From a bacterium (lineage in GTDB: Bacteria; Calditrichota; Calditrichia; RBG-13-44-9), in contig CP070707.1 in NCBI GenBank assembly GCA_020350205.1, positions 2,577,090-2,641,089 of the forward strand: a stretch of 64,000 bases of DNA, written 5' to 3'. How positions within the stretch are numbered: position 1 is the stretch's first letter; each line of letters opens with the position of its first letter. A model generated the notes under the pieces. That model saw only the letters and a list, made by a program, of their open reading frames with translations. It had not been told where the DNA came from and did not search any database. The translations under genes and the position numbers were made by a program. Shown here piece after piece: positions 1 through 8,843 of this stretch.

Positions 1-462
1 AACGTTCTCTATTTTGATAATAAACTAAACAGTGAGCTTGAATTAAAATATTCAGCGAAAAAAGTGAATTTGGATTTCCTGGTATCAAACGCGGATTTTA
101 TCTCTATTCATCTTCCCGCGAGTCGGGAGACCCATCACCTGATCAATGAAAGAATCTTAAAACAGATGAAAAAATCAGCTGTTTTGATCAATACTGCCCG
201 GGGATCTCTTGTCGATGAAAAGGCTCTGGTTAAAGCGTTGAATGAAAAATGGATTGCCGCTGCCGGCCTGGATGTTTTTGAAAATGAACCTTCTGTAACC
301 GAAGGCCTGTCTCGGCTCGAAAATGTGGTACTGGCGCCCCATATTGGTAGTGCAACCATACAGGCGCGTGATGATATGGCAAAAATAGCTGCCGCAAACT
401 TACGGGCGGTACTGGAAGGTAAACAACCGGCTTATCCGGTGAATCCGGAGGTATTTTCCTGA
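1..462 (+). CDS. D-isomer-specific 2-hydroxyacid dehydrogenase (glyoxylate/hydroxypyruvate reductase-like), C-terminal part; the 5' end lies outside the window
   Basis: The frame is open from base 1 with no stop before the listed ORF at 64. The NAD-binding and catalytic region motifs (INTARG, AAGLDVFENEP, APHIGSAT with catalytic His) are typical of the 2-Hacid_dh_C family. Confidence 0.8.
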   Translation, partial: NVLYFDNKLNSELELKYSAKKVNLDFLVSNADFISIHLPASRETHHLINERILKQMKKSAVLINTARGSLVDEKALVKALNEKWIAAAGLDVFENEPSVTEGLSRLENVVLAPHIGSATIQARDDMAKIAAANLRAVLEGKQPAYPVNPEVFS

Positions 463-573
463 GCATGAATGGAATACCAATACCCGGACATCAGGCAAAA
501 AAGTGCTTGGGTGAATTCCTGTTTTGACGATAATAGGGGAACGTAACAGGGCGGTTAAACGTGAAAGTTTTTA

Positions 574-1407
574 TTGAAAGAGGAAAAGACAATGGGAAAG
601 AAAGCTGAAAAAGCATACAAAAATCCTGGTTTTTTAGGATCTGGTGATGCCAGAACCATCCGGATTTTATCTGAATATCTGGAGCCGGCCGCACGGTTCC
701 GAAAATTAAACATTAAAGATACCATCGTATTTTATGGCTCGGCGCGGGTTACCGACGGGGAAACAGCCCGCAAACACCATGACCTCTGGAAGAAAAGACA
801 TCAGGAAAAACCATCCAAGGAACACCAAGAAGAACTCCGTCTGGCCAAGATTAAATTGCATATGTCCCGGTATTATGACGATGCCCGGGAGTTGGCCCGG
901 CTGTTGACGAAATGGTCAATCAGTTTAAAAAATAGTCATCACCGCTTTATTGTCTGTTCGGGCGGGGGGCCGGGAATAATGGAAGCCATCAACCGCGGCG
1001 CGAGTGACGTACCAGGTGGTAAATCTATTGGTTTGAATATATCAATCCCCATGGAACAGGATTCAAATCCGTATATCACCCCAGATCTTAACTTTGAATT
1101 TCATTACTTTTTCATGCGGAAATTTTGGTTTGTCTATCTTGCCAAAGCCCTGGTTATTTTCCCCGGTGGGTTTGGAACCATGGATGAATTATGGGAAGTC
1201 CTGACCTTACTTCAAACCGGTAAAATACAGAAGAAAATGGCGGTGGTTCTATACGGGGAGGATTACTGGAAAAAGGTGATTAATTTTCAATATATGGTGG
1301 ATAATTTGGTCATTGAACAAGAGGATCTCAATCTGTTTCATTTCGCCAATTCACCACAGGATGCGTTTGAATATTTACGGGATAAACTTACTGAAGCTTT
1401 CCTCTAA
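574..1407 (+). CDS. LOG family / TIGR00730 Rossmann-fold protein (putative nucleotide 5'-monophosphate nucleosidase). An alternative start is at 592.
   Basis: GGGPGIMEA and PGGFGTMDELWE signature motifs of the LOG/PpnN family. An SD-like AAGAGGAAAAG precedes the start. Confidence 0.8.
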   Translation: MKEEKTMGKKAEKAYKNPGFLGSGDARTIRILSEYLEPAARFRKLNIKDTIVFYGSARVTDGETARKHHDLWKKRHQEKPSKEHQEELRLAKIKLHMSRYYDDARELARLLTKWSISLKNSHHRFIVCSGGGPGIMEAINRGASDVPGGKSIGLNISIPMEQDSNPYITPDLNFEFHYFFMRKFWFVYLAKALVIFPGGFGTMDELWEVLTLLQTGKIQKKMAVVLYGEDYWKKVINFQYMVDNLVIEQEDLNLFHFANSPQDAFEYLRDKLTEAFL

Positions 1408-1416
1408 TCTTCATCT

Positions 1417-2265
1417 TTACCGGGGTTTTCGTCTTACTCCAATCACATTCGGGAGAGGGCGTTCTGCCTGCGAATCATTATTTAACAGAATATCCGGACG
1501 GTTATCCCAGGGAAGGTTTTTCTGAATTCCGCCCGCCGAGATGTATAATCCAGCCTGAATCCCCCCCTCCAGATACATGGCTGTATGAATTTTCAGAGGT
1601 AAACTTAACAGAAGATTTATAAATTCATGGACACTGCGGGGGATAAATGAATATATAAACAGGAGCTGGTCCTCTTTATCGATCCCCAATGCGGCGATAC
1701 TCCATTGATCATTCTGGGGTTCCCAAACATTTTCCTGCCGGCAGCTGATCATTCGTATACTTTGTAAAGAGGAGTGATATTTTGCTTCATACATTTGAAA
1801 CTCTTCACAGGTTAGATCGAAAATTTTGGCGGGAGAAAGCATACTATCCAGGGGCTGACAGACAAAAATACATTTATAAGTACTGTTGATCCGGGGATTA
1901 TTAAGATGACCAGAACTTTTTAAATAACCTACCGATGTGCTGAGATCAGTTGCGAACATTCCCGCGTTAATAACCGCGGTTAAACCGAACTCCTTCGCCC
2001 ACTCCTGCATACTGCGGGATTTTTGATTGAATTGACTGGCACAAAAAAGATTCACGTCAAAAATGTTCGGGTCAATTTTAAGAACATAGACAGCCTCTTG
2101 ACTCTTTCCGGCGCCTTGTGAATCAAAATATGTCCCCAAACTAAGACCGGGTTCCAAATTAAGCCAGACCAGACCCCTTTTCTCGGAATGGAAATAGTCG
2201 CAGCTGGAGAAAAACAGTAACAGACAGGTCAGTATTGCAGAGTAATGATTTGCATTGAATCTCAT
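1417..2265 (-). CDS. Hypothetical lipoprotein (possibly a phosphodiester glycosidase/DUF2233-like fold)
   Basis: Signal peptide with lipobox (LLFFSSC). The product family is a weak recall only. Confidence 0.4.
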   Translation of the reverse strand: MRFNANHYSAILTCLLLFFSSCDYFHSEKRGLVWLNLEPGLSLGTYFDSQGAGKSQEAVYVLKIDPNIFDVNLFCASQFNQKSRSMQEWAKEFGLTAVINAGMFATDLSTSVGYLKSSGHLNNPRINSTYKCIFVCQPLDSMLSPAKIFDLTCEEFQMYEAKYHSSLQSIRMISCRQENVWEPQNDQWSIAALGIDKEDQLLFIYSFIPRSVHEFINLLLSLPLKIHTAMYLEGGIQAGLYISAGGIQKNLPWDNRPDILLNNDSQAERPLPNVIGVRRKPR

Positions 2266-2404
2266 TTAACACATATCGGCTTTTTGTTCATCCTATATTA
2301 AAAAATATTCTATCGAAATAAAATTGAAAATCGCATATATTTAAATCCAAATTGAGAATTCTGGTCCCTGAAAATGACCGGGGGAATCAATAAGAAAGGG
2401 TATC

Positions 2405-2686
2405 ATGGTGTTAACAGGAAAACAAAAAAGGGAATTCCGGGCACTGGGAAACCGGCTGAAACCGGAAGTCTGGATTGGGAAAGAAGCGGTCTCAGAAGGA
2501 TCGATACAGACACTTCAGAATTCCTTTCATACCAAAGAATTGGTTAAGGTCAAAATTCTGGAAAACTGTGACGTGGATAAAAAGGTCATTGCCCGGCAGC
2601 TCGGAGAGCGAACAGGGGCGGAAATTGTTCAGATCATCGGTAAAACTATTTTGCTCTATAAACCCCTCCCTGAGGATTTATCGTGA
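2405..2686 (+). CDS. yhbY: Ribosome assembly RNA-binding protein YhbY (CRM domain)
   Basis: About 93 aa with the KxxLRxxGxxLKPxVxIGKxGV pattern of the YhbY/CRS1 family. It overlaps the next gene by 4 bp (GTGA). Confidence 0.8.
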   Translation: MVLTGKQKREFRALGNRLKPEVWIGKEAVSEGSIQTLQNSFHTKELVKVKILENCDVDKKVIARQLGERTGAEIVQIIGKTILLYKPLPEDLS

Positions 2687-3603
2687 AAAAAAACGGGGGC
2701 CGGTTTGTGCCGCTTCTGATTCTGATGACCTGTTTGTTCGGACTGTCATTTATAGCCACCAAGCAGGCTTTAAATGGTCTGGGAATCTTTCAGGTGGTGT
2801 TTTTCAGACATATCATTGCCCTTCTGCCCCTGACTCTGATTCTGTGGCGGGACAAAGAGATGTTTTTCATTGCCCCCGGGGATCGGTGGCCCCTTTTGAT
2901 TCTCACTTTTGTGGAACCGGTGGGATATTTTATTTTTGAAACCTTTGGACTTCGCTACACTTCGCCGGCCCTCGTATCCATTATCATCGCTACAATCCCG
3001 GTTTTTTCGCTGGTCTTTGCCTACTGGATACTGGATGAAAAAGTGAATCTGATTGCCCTGTTGGGTATTTTTCTCTCCCTGCTGGGCGTTTACGGGGTGG
3101 TCTCCATTCAACAGAAAAGTGCTCTGGCACCGCTTCCCCTGCTTGGAAATATACTGGCATTGGGAGCTGCCATATCGGCCGGGTTTTATAATGTTCTGTG
3201 CCGTAAGCTCACTCAATCCTATTCACCCTGGACCATCACATTCTACCAGGCGGTGGTGGCCTCCATAGTTTTTTTACCTTTAACCTTTTTTGAGGGGGGT
3301 ATCAGTAATATTGTTGGCTGGAATAAATCGGTATTGATCAGTATACTGTATCTTTCCCTGGGAAGCTCGGTGCTGGCATATTATTTATTGAATTATAGCC
3401 TGAGACACTTACCCACCCATAAAGTAGCTATATTTGCCAACCTTATTCCGGTAGTCACCGTGTTTTGGTCCTGGGTGATATATGGAGAATGGCTGGGCCT
3501 TCGACAGTTGCTGGGTGCCCTGGTGGTTATTCTAGGGGTTTATCTGACCTATTATCGATTCAAACGAAAAAAAATATCAGACAAGAATACTTCTGTTTAC
3601 TGA
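2683..3603 (+). CDS. DMT superfamily / EamA-family transporter (10 TM)
   Basis: Two EamA-like repeats of hydrophobic helices. GTG start translationally coupled to yhbY. Confidence 0.75.
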   Translation: MKKNGGRFVPLLILMTCLFGLSFIATKQALNGLGIFQVVFFRHIIALLPLTLILWRDKEMFFIAPGDRWPLLILTFVEPVGYFIFETFGLRYTSPALVSIIIATIPVFSLVFAYWILDEKVNLIALLGIFLSLLGVYGVVSIQQKSALAPLPLLGNILALGAAISAGFYNVLCRKLTQSYSPWTITFYQAVVASIVFLPLTFFEGGISNIVGWNKSVLISILYLSLGSSVLAYYLLNYSLRHLPTHKVAIFANLIPVVTVFWSWVIYGEWLGLRQLLGALVVILGVYLTYYRFKRKKISDKNTSVY

Positions 3604-3644
3604 TCTCCGTTCCAGCAGGATTTAAAATCCAATGCGGTTTATCG

Positions 3645-4490
3645 TTACAGATAAATGGACTCTTTTAACTGGTAACCCCGATCTCCCTGCTCAATGGTAC
3701 CGCAATGAACGTGTGGATCATGCTCGAAAAAAATCATCCACTCTTGCTCGACTGCTTTTTTCAAATGTTCTTCTTTCTCTTGAATTGTGATCACGGGATA
3801 CAGATCGTAGGCCATGACCCAGGGAACCGGAATATGTGCGCTCATGGGGATCATATCCGCGGCATAAAGTAAGTTTTGTTGCAGTCCTGAGACGCGCACC
3901 ATTTGTTGGGCAACCGTATGTCCTTCTGATAATATCAGTTCCAGACCAGTTTCCAGAACATGAGCACCGTCCAGAATTCTAAGCTGATTAGAATGCAGCA
4001 GGGGGTCGATATTTTCAACAAGATAGCTTGCCCGGTCTTTGGGAAATCTTTTTTGTGCCCAATCCAGCTGTCTTTTCTGAATATAGTGATCTGCATTGGG
4101 AAACCGGAGTTTTAGTTTCCCTTCTTCATCGTAATAGGTGGCACCGCCCACATGGTCAAAATGCAGGTGAGTAATAATAACATCGGTCACATCCTCCGGT
4201 TGAATATTTTTAGTGGCCAGCGATTTCAGAAGAGAATGCTCAGAATAGTCAACCGCATATATTTGCTGGTATTTTTCGGAAAACTTCGCTCCCACCCCGG
4301 TATCTACCAGGATGATCCGGCCATCCCTGATCAACAAAAGCGTATTAAGAGACATTGTGATGCGGTTTTTTTCATCCGGGGGATTTTCCTTCTCCCACAA
4401 ATTACGCGGCACGACACCAAACATGGCACCCCCGTCCAATTTATATCTTCCGGCATCTATGAGTTCTACCTGATATGATCCGATTTGCAT
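3645..4490 (-). CDS. MBL-fold metallo-hydrolase
   Basis: THLHFDHVGG metallo-beta-lactamase zinc-binding motif, with a downstream His and Asp. Confidence 0.8.
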   Translation of the reverse strand: MQIGSYQVELIDAGRYKLDGGAMFGVVPRNLWEKENPPDEKNRITMSLNTLLLIRDGRIILVDTGVGAKFSEKYQQIYAVDYSEHSLLKSLATKNIQPEDVTDVIITHLHFDHVGGATYYDEEGKLKLRFPNADHYIQKRQLDWAQKRFPKDRASYLVENIDPLLHSNQLRILDGAHVLETGLELILSEGHTVAQQMVRVSGLQQNLLYAADMIPMSAHIPVPWVMAYDLYPVITIQEKEEHLKKAVEQEWMIFFEHDPHVHCGTIEQGDRGYQLKESIYL

Positions 4491-4658
4491 ATAATCTCCA
4501 TTAAAAAAATTTCAAGCTAAAATTTTATAAAGAAATCACGTTAACCAAAGTAATAATTAAATTTGCTCTTTGAAAAAATCAAATCAATTTTTAGATTATC
4601 CGCCTGTTAAAACCCGTCTGAATAGGTCCCAAAAGGTGGAAATAGAAAGGTTGTTCCT

Positions 4659-6242
4659 ATGAAAAAGCTGTTTACATTTCTGATTTTATTGAATATTGTA
4701 CTTGTATTTTCTTCTTCCCTGCTCGCCCTGCCATCGCAGGAAGAGCATGCGGTTACAGATTCAGCTACCGTATCGCATCAGGCTTCACAAGATCAGGAAG
4801 GAACTCATGGATCCGGTCTGGGGACGGAACTTCCGCTATGGAGTGTTATCCCGTTTATTGGAATTCTCTTGTCCATAGCGATTTTTCCTCTGATTGCCCC
4901 GCACTTCTGGCACCACCATTTCGGTAAAATATCAGCATTTTGGGCACTGTTGTTTGCCATTCCCTTCCTCATTGCCTACGGGGGCGATGGCATGTACGAA
5001 ATTCTTCATATTTATATTGCTGATTATATACCATTTATTATCCTGCTCTGGGCTCTTTTTACGGCTGCCGGAGGAATCTATATTCAGGGAGCTCCGGTGG
5101 GAACACCATATGCAAACCTGGTGGTATTGTTGATTGGTACAATTCTGGCCTCCTGGATCGGAACCACGGGTGCGGCCATGGTGCTTATCCGCCCGGTTAT
5201 TCGAATGAATAAATATCGAAAATCGAAAGTCCATATTATTGTATTCTTCATCTTCTTAGTGGCAAATATCGGCGGATCACTAACACCTCTGGGAGATCCA
5301 CCCCTGTTTCTGGGATTTTTGCATCATGTACCGTTTTTCTGGACCCTGAAATTGCTGCCGGAAATGGCGATGCTTTCTGGAATTCTGTTGGTCCTGTTCT
5401 TTCTGATGGATATTTTCTATTTTCGTAAAGAAGGCTGGCACAATAAACCTTATCTGAAACCCTATCGATATCAGGTACCCGAAGGTATGGATGAGGAACA
5501 AATAAAAGTGAATTTTGAGAAAGGTGCGGAGCTAACGGGTGCATCCACCTCTACGGGAAAGGTCAGTATCCAGGGACTTCACAATATCATATTTTTACTG
5601 GGGATCATGGGCGGCGTACTATTCAGTGGACTGGTTCATATCGGGGAATTCTCCCTTTTTGGCGTTCACGTAACCGTTCAAAGTGTGATACGGGATGTAT
5701 TTCTTATATTGATGGGTTTGCTTTCTCTCAAAACAACGGCCTGGTCTATCCGGGAGGGAAATGAATTTACCTGGTTTCCCATTCAGGAGGTTGCCAAATT
5801 GTTTGCCGGAATCTTCATGACCATTGTCCCCGCACTGGCCATGTTGCGGGCAGGTGCCGCCGGACATCTGGGATTTATCATCGAGGCGGTAACGGAGCCC
5901 TGGCACTATTTTTGGGTTACCGGGTCCCTGTCAAGTTTTCTGGACAATGCGCCCACCTATTTGACATTTTTAAGTACATCTCTGGGACAGTTTTTTGCGG
6001 GTCAGCCCGAAATAATTGCAGTGGGACGCCTGATCGCAGAACAGGAAATTTATCTGAAGGCGATCAGTACCGGTGCTGTTTTCTATGGTGCCATGACCTA
6101 TATCGGCAACGCTCCGAATTTTATGGTCAAGTCAATTTCCGAAGAGCAGAATATCAAAATGCCCAGCTTTTTTGGGTATATGATTTACTCGGTGCTGATC
6201 CTAGTACCGATCTTTGTTCTGATTACGCTGGTGTTCTTTTAA
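4659..6242 (+). CDS. Polytopic membrane transporter, ion-transporter (ArsB/NhaD/CitMHS-like) superfamily; putative Na+/H+ antiporter-like
   Basis: Signal peptide, then an approximately 45-aa polar segment, then at least 10 TM helices. HFWHHHFGK motif. The family call is by overall architecture only. Confidence 0.45.
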   Translation: MKKLFTFLILLNIVLVFSSSLLALPSQEEHAVTDSATVSHQASQDQEGTHGSGLGTELPLWSVIPFIGILLSIAIFPLIAPHFWHHHFGKISAFWALLFAIPFLIAYGGDGMYEILHIYIADYIPFIILLWALFTAAGGIYIQGAPVGTPYANLVVLLIGTILASWIGTTGAAMVLIRPVIRMNKYRKSKVHIIVFFIFLVANIGGSLTPLGDPPLFLGFLHHVPFFWTLKLLPEMAMLSGILLVLFFLMDIFYFRKEGWHNKPYLKPYRYQVPEGMDEEQIKVNFEKGAELTGASTSTGKVSIQGLHNIIFLLGIMGGVLFSGLVHIGEFSLFGVHVTVQSVIRDVFLILMGLLSLKTTAWSIREGNEFTWFPIQEVAKLFAGIFMTIVPALAMLRAGAAGHLGFIIEAVTEPWHYFWVTGSLSSFLDNAPTYLTFLSTSLGQFFAGQPEIIAVGRLIAEQEIYLKAISTGAVFYGAMTYIGNAPNFMVKSISEEQNIKMPSFFGYMIYSVLILVPIFVLITLVFF

Positions 6243-6259
6243 TCTCTGGTGTATCTGGG

Positions 6260-7033
6260 ATGTATATTACCGATACCCACACCCATCTGCATTTTGACCA
6301 GTATGCGCCCGATCTGCAGGAAGTGGTTCAGCGCGCCAGGGAGCGGGGCGTTGTAAAAATATTAACCCTTGGGACGGATTATCAGTCCAGCCTGCAATCA
6401 TTTGAAATTGCACAACAGTATGACCTTGTCTACGCCGCAGTGGGCATTCATCCCACCGATATTTTTAAATCCACTCAGGACGATATCCCCAGACTGAAAT
6501 TACTGGCACAAAAGGAACCCCGGATTGTCGCCATAGGTGAAGTCGGATTTGATCTTTACTGGAAGGAAGTGCCCCTTGACCAACAAATACCTGTATTTGA
6601 GCAGATGCTGGATACAGCAAAAGAACTGAATTTGCCGGTGGTTATTCATAATCGGGATGCTCATCGGGAAATGCGGGATTTTTTTGAGTCTCGGCAGATT
6701 AAAAAAATCGCAGGAGTGATGCACTCTTTTTCAGGAACACTTGATGACGCTAAATTTTATCTTGATCGGGGACTTCACATCTCATTCACTGGTGTTATCA
6801 CTTTTAAAAATTTCCGGTCTCAGGAATTGGTCAAAGCTATCCCGCTGGACAGATTATTGCTGGAAACCGATTCCCCCTTTCTCACCCCGGTGCCGAATCG
6901 TGGCAAGCGAAATGAACCGGCATTTGTAGAATTTGTTGCCCGCCGCCTGGCTGAAATCTATGACAAATCTTTCCTGGAAATAACCCAGACCACCTTCCGG
7001 AATGCAAAAAGTTTATTTGGGTGGGATATATAG
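6260..7033 (+). CDS. tatD: TatD family metal-dependent DNase/hydrolase
   Basis: The N-terminal THTHLHFDQY motif and GEVGFDLYW, VVIHNRDAH, FSGT, ETDSPFL motifs are classic TatD. The listed ORF 5912..7033 is only a stop-free read-through across the upstream gene's end. The real ATG is at 6260, 18 bp after the upstream stop. Confidence 0.9.
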   Translation: MYITDTHTHLHFDQYAPDLQEVVQRARERGVVKILTLGTDYQSSLQSFEIAQQYDLVYAAVGIHPTDIFKSTQDDIPRLKLLAQKEPRIVAIGEVGFDLYWKEVPLDQQIPVFEQMLDTAKELNLPVVIHNRDAHREMRDFFESRQIKKIAGVMHSFSGTLDDAKFYLDRGLHISFTGVITFKNFRSQELVKAIPLDRLLLETDSPFLTPVPNRGKRNEPAFVEFVARRLAEIYDKSFLEITQTTFRNAKSLFGWDI

Positions 7034-7043
7034 CTGCTTCTAA

Positions 7044-7889
7044 CTAGAATCTGAATATTTCTCCTGACCGGTAAATATCCAATTCCAGATTTTTTACATT
7101 GAGAAGACCATTTTGAAATTGTTTGGGAAATTTAGCATGGTCTGGTCGAATGACTAAAACAACCCCATTCCCCAGTACTTCAATATCGGAATTAGGTTTA
7201 ATCCAAACTGCAGTCTCCTGGTCAATGCCAATACCGGTTTTACGAAATTCAATTGTTGCTGCAAGCAGGCGGTTAAATCGGCGGCGCTCAATAAAATGCT
7301 GGTCAATAATAGCCTCGGTGACGAATCCAAATCCTTCAGAAAGATCAACACTGTCTTTGCTCAAAACAGTCCAGTTTCCCTCACCGGTCAACATGATTCT
7401 ACTCATGATTGCCGCGCCTGCACTGTTCCCTCCTAATACGGAGCCCGTACTGTATTTACGATGCATCACTTTCAGCGCCTCACTGTTTAGAAATATTTTG
7501 GTAAGACGGTTCTGATCCCCGCCGCCGAAAAAAAAGCTGTTATAATCTTCAAGGTTTGCCACAACGGAATCGCTATTCGCAGCGATACTGTCTTTGATGT
7601 GAAAAGTTTTGGCCTGTTGTGCACCTAATGCTTTAAATTCCATTGTATAGTATTCACCGGCGGCGAGATAATCTTCACTTGCCATGGTAATGATTGCAAT
7701 TCTCGCTTCAGAGCCACCCGCTAGATCCACAAATTTCTTAAGTATTTCAGGAGTATGCTCAATGCCTCCGCCGACAATAACGAGATGTCCTTTCGTGTCC
7801 CGTTGAACGGTGTTACAGCTGTCAACCAGGCACAGGAAAAACAAAAGTATCAATATGTTGTGCTTTAAAAATAATATTTTCATATTCAA
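7044..7889 (-). CDS. cphB: Cyanophycinase (peptidase S51), exported lipoprotein form (CphE-like)
   Basis: LVIVGGGIEHTPEILKKFVDLAGG...IAIITMASED N-terminal pattern and the GGNSAGAAIM GxSAG serine nucleophile motif of S51 cyanophycinases. N-terminal signal peptide with lipobox (LCLVDSC). Confidence 0.8.
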   Translation of the reverse strand: MNMKILFLKHNILILLFFLCLVDSCNTVQRDTKGHLVIVGGGIEHTPEILKKFVDLAGGSEARIAIITMASEDYLAAGEYYTMEFKALGAQQAKTFHIKDSIAANSDSVVANLEDYNSFFFGGGDQNRLTKIFLNSEALKVMHRKYSTGSVLGGNSAGAAIMSRIMLTGEGNWTVLSKDSVDLSEGFGFVTEAIIDQHFIERRRFNRLLAATIEFRKTGIGIDQETAVWIKPNSDIEVLGNGVVLVIRPDHAKFPKQFQNGLLNVKNLELDIYRSGEIFRF

Positions 7890-7898
7890 TCCAAATAA

Positions 7899-8750
7899 TT
7901 AATAGAAATATCTCGGATCATTTATAAATTCTTCAATTTTTTGTAATCCTGCCAGCATCTTGCTGTCCTCTGTTAAAGCAATCTCTGTGACCAATGCATT
8001 GATGAGCATTGAAATTGCACCTAATGAATTAGAGAATAAGATGTTATCAGTTTTTGCAATTAACATATGTAACGAATATTGAGCGATAGGAGAGGTTTTT
8101 TTATCAGTGAAACTTACCACCGGAATCTTCATTTTATGTGCGAGTTCAGCTGCTTCAACAGTTTGACGGCTATAAGGCGGGAAACTAAAAGCAATCAACA
8201 GGTCATCGGGCGTCAAAAGAATAATCTGTTCTGTGAAAGAAAGTGCGTCTGCGCCCATTGCAAAGGCATTTTTAAAATATAATTTAAGTTGATAGGCCAT
8301 AATCTCAGCTAGAAACTTTGAGATACCTAAACCGATTGTATAGATATTTTTTGCTTCTTGTAAATGCGTTACGATGTGTTTGAAATCTTCCAGGCTGTTA
8401 TGCTGGAGACTGAGATCCAGGTTTTGAACCACCTGGTGCGCGATTTTGTGCAGACTGTCATGATATTCTTCCTTTTTTGAAAGAGTTGCCCGGAATTTGG
8501 CTACGGGCGATAATTTATCTTTTAAGAGGTTCATCAGGTGGCTGCGAAAATCCAGGTATCCGTTAAATCCGAGAACCCGGGAGAACCGGACAACAGTTGC
8601 ACTGCTAACTCCTGCTTTTTTCCCCAGATCACTTACCGAGAGTAAAGGGACAGTCTCAATATTTTCCAGGATAAAATTAGCCAGAATACGTTGATTCTTG
8701 GAATATTCAGGTAATTTCTCCATGATGATTTTTTGAACATCTTCCATCAT
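7899..8750 (-). CDS. MurR/RpiR family transcriptional regulator (HTH_6 + SIS domain)
   Basis: N-terminal RpiR HTH (LSVSDLGKKAGVSSATVVRFSRVLGFNGY) and a C-terminal SIS sugar-phosphate-binding fold. It lies 9 bp upstream of the cyanophycinase gene on the same strand. Confidence 0.85.
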   Translation of the reverse strand: MMEDVQKIIMEKLPEYSKNQRILANFILENIETVPLLSVSDLGKKAGVSSATVVRFSRVLGFNGYLDFRSHLMNLLKDKLSPVAKFRATLSKKEEYHDSLHKIAHQVVQNLDLSLQHNSLEDFKHIVTHLQEAKNIYTIGLGISKFLAEIMAYQLKLYFKNAFAMGADALSFTEQIILLTPDDLLIAFSFPPYSRQTVEAAELAHKMKIPVVSFTDKKTSPIAQYSLHMLIAKTDNILFSNSLGAISMLINALVTEIALTEDSKMLAGLQKIEEFINDPRYFY

Positions 8751-8774
8751 AATTCCTCGGTTTTTTCACACAAT

Positions 8775-8793
8775 ATATGAAACGATATGAAAC
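8775..8793. promoter_or_regulatory. Tandem direct repeat ATATGAAAC x2 with 10-bp periodicity upstream of the rpiR-cyanophycinase pair
   Basis: ATATGAAAC at 8775..8783 and again at 8785..8793, within the 93-bp gap between the yfcC and rpiR genes. It contains the same ATATGAAA half-site as the palindrome at 11502. Confidence 0.35.
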
Positions 8794-8843
8794 CCTTCAA
8801 TTGAATTGAGAAAATTATATTTCTTTATGAGCAGCCGGGATTA

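Noticed and set aside
5912-6259. N-terminal 116-codon extension of the TatD ORF overlapping the 3' end of the upstream transporter gene
   Set aside because: The extension is just a stop-free read-through in another frame of the upstream gene. The conserved TatD N-terminus (MYITDTHTHLHFDQY) begins at the ATG at 6260, 18 bp after the upstream stop.
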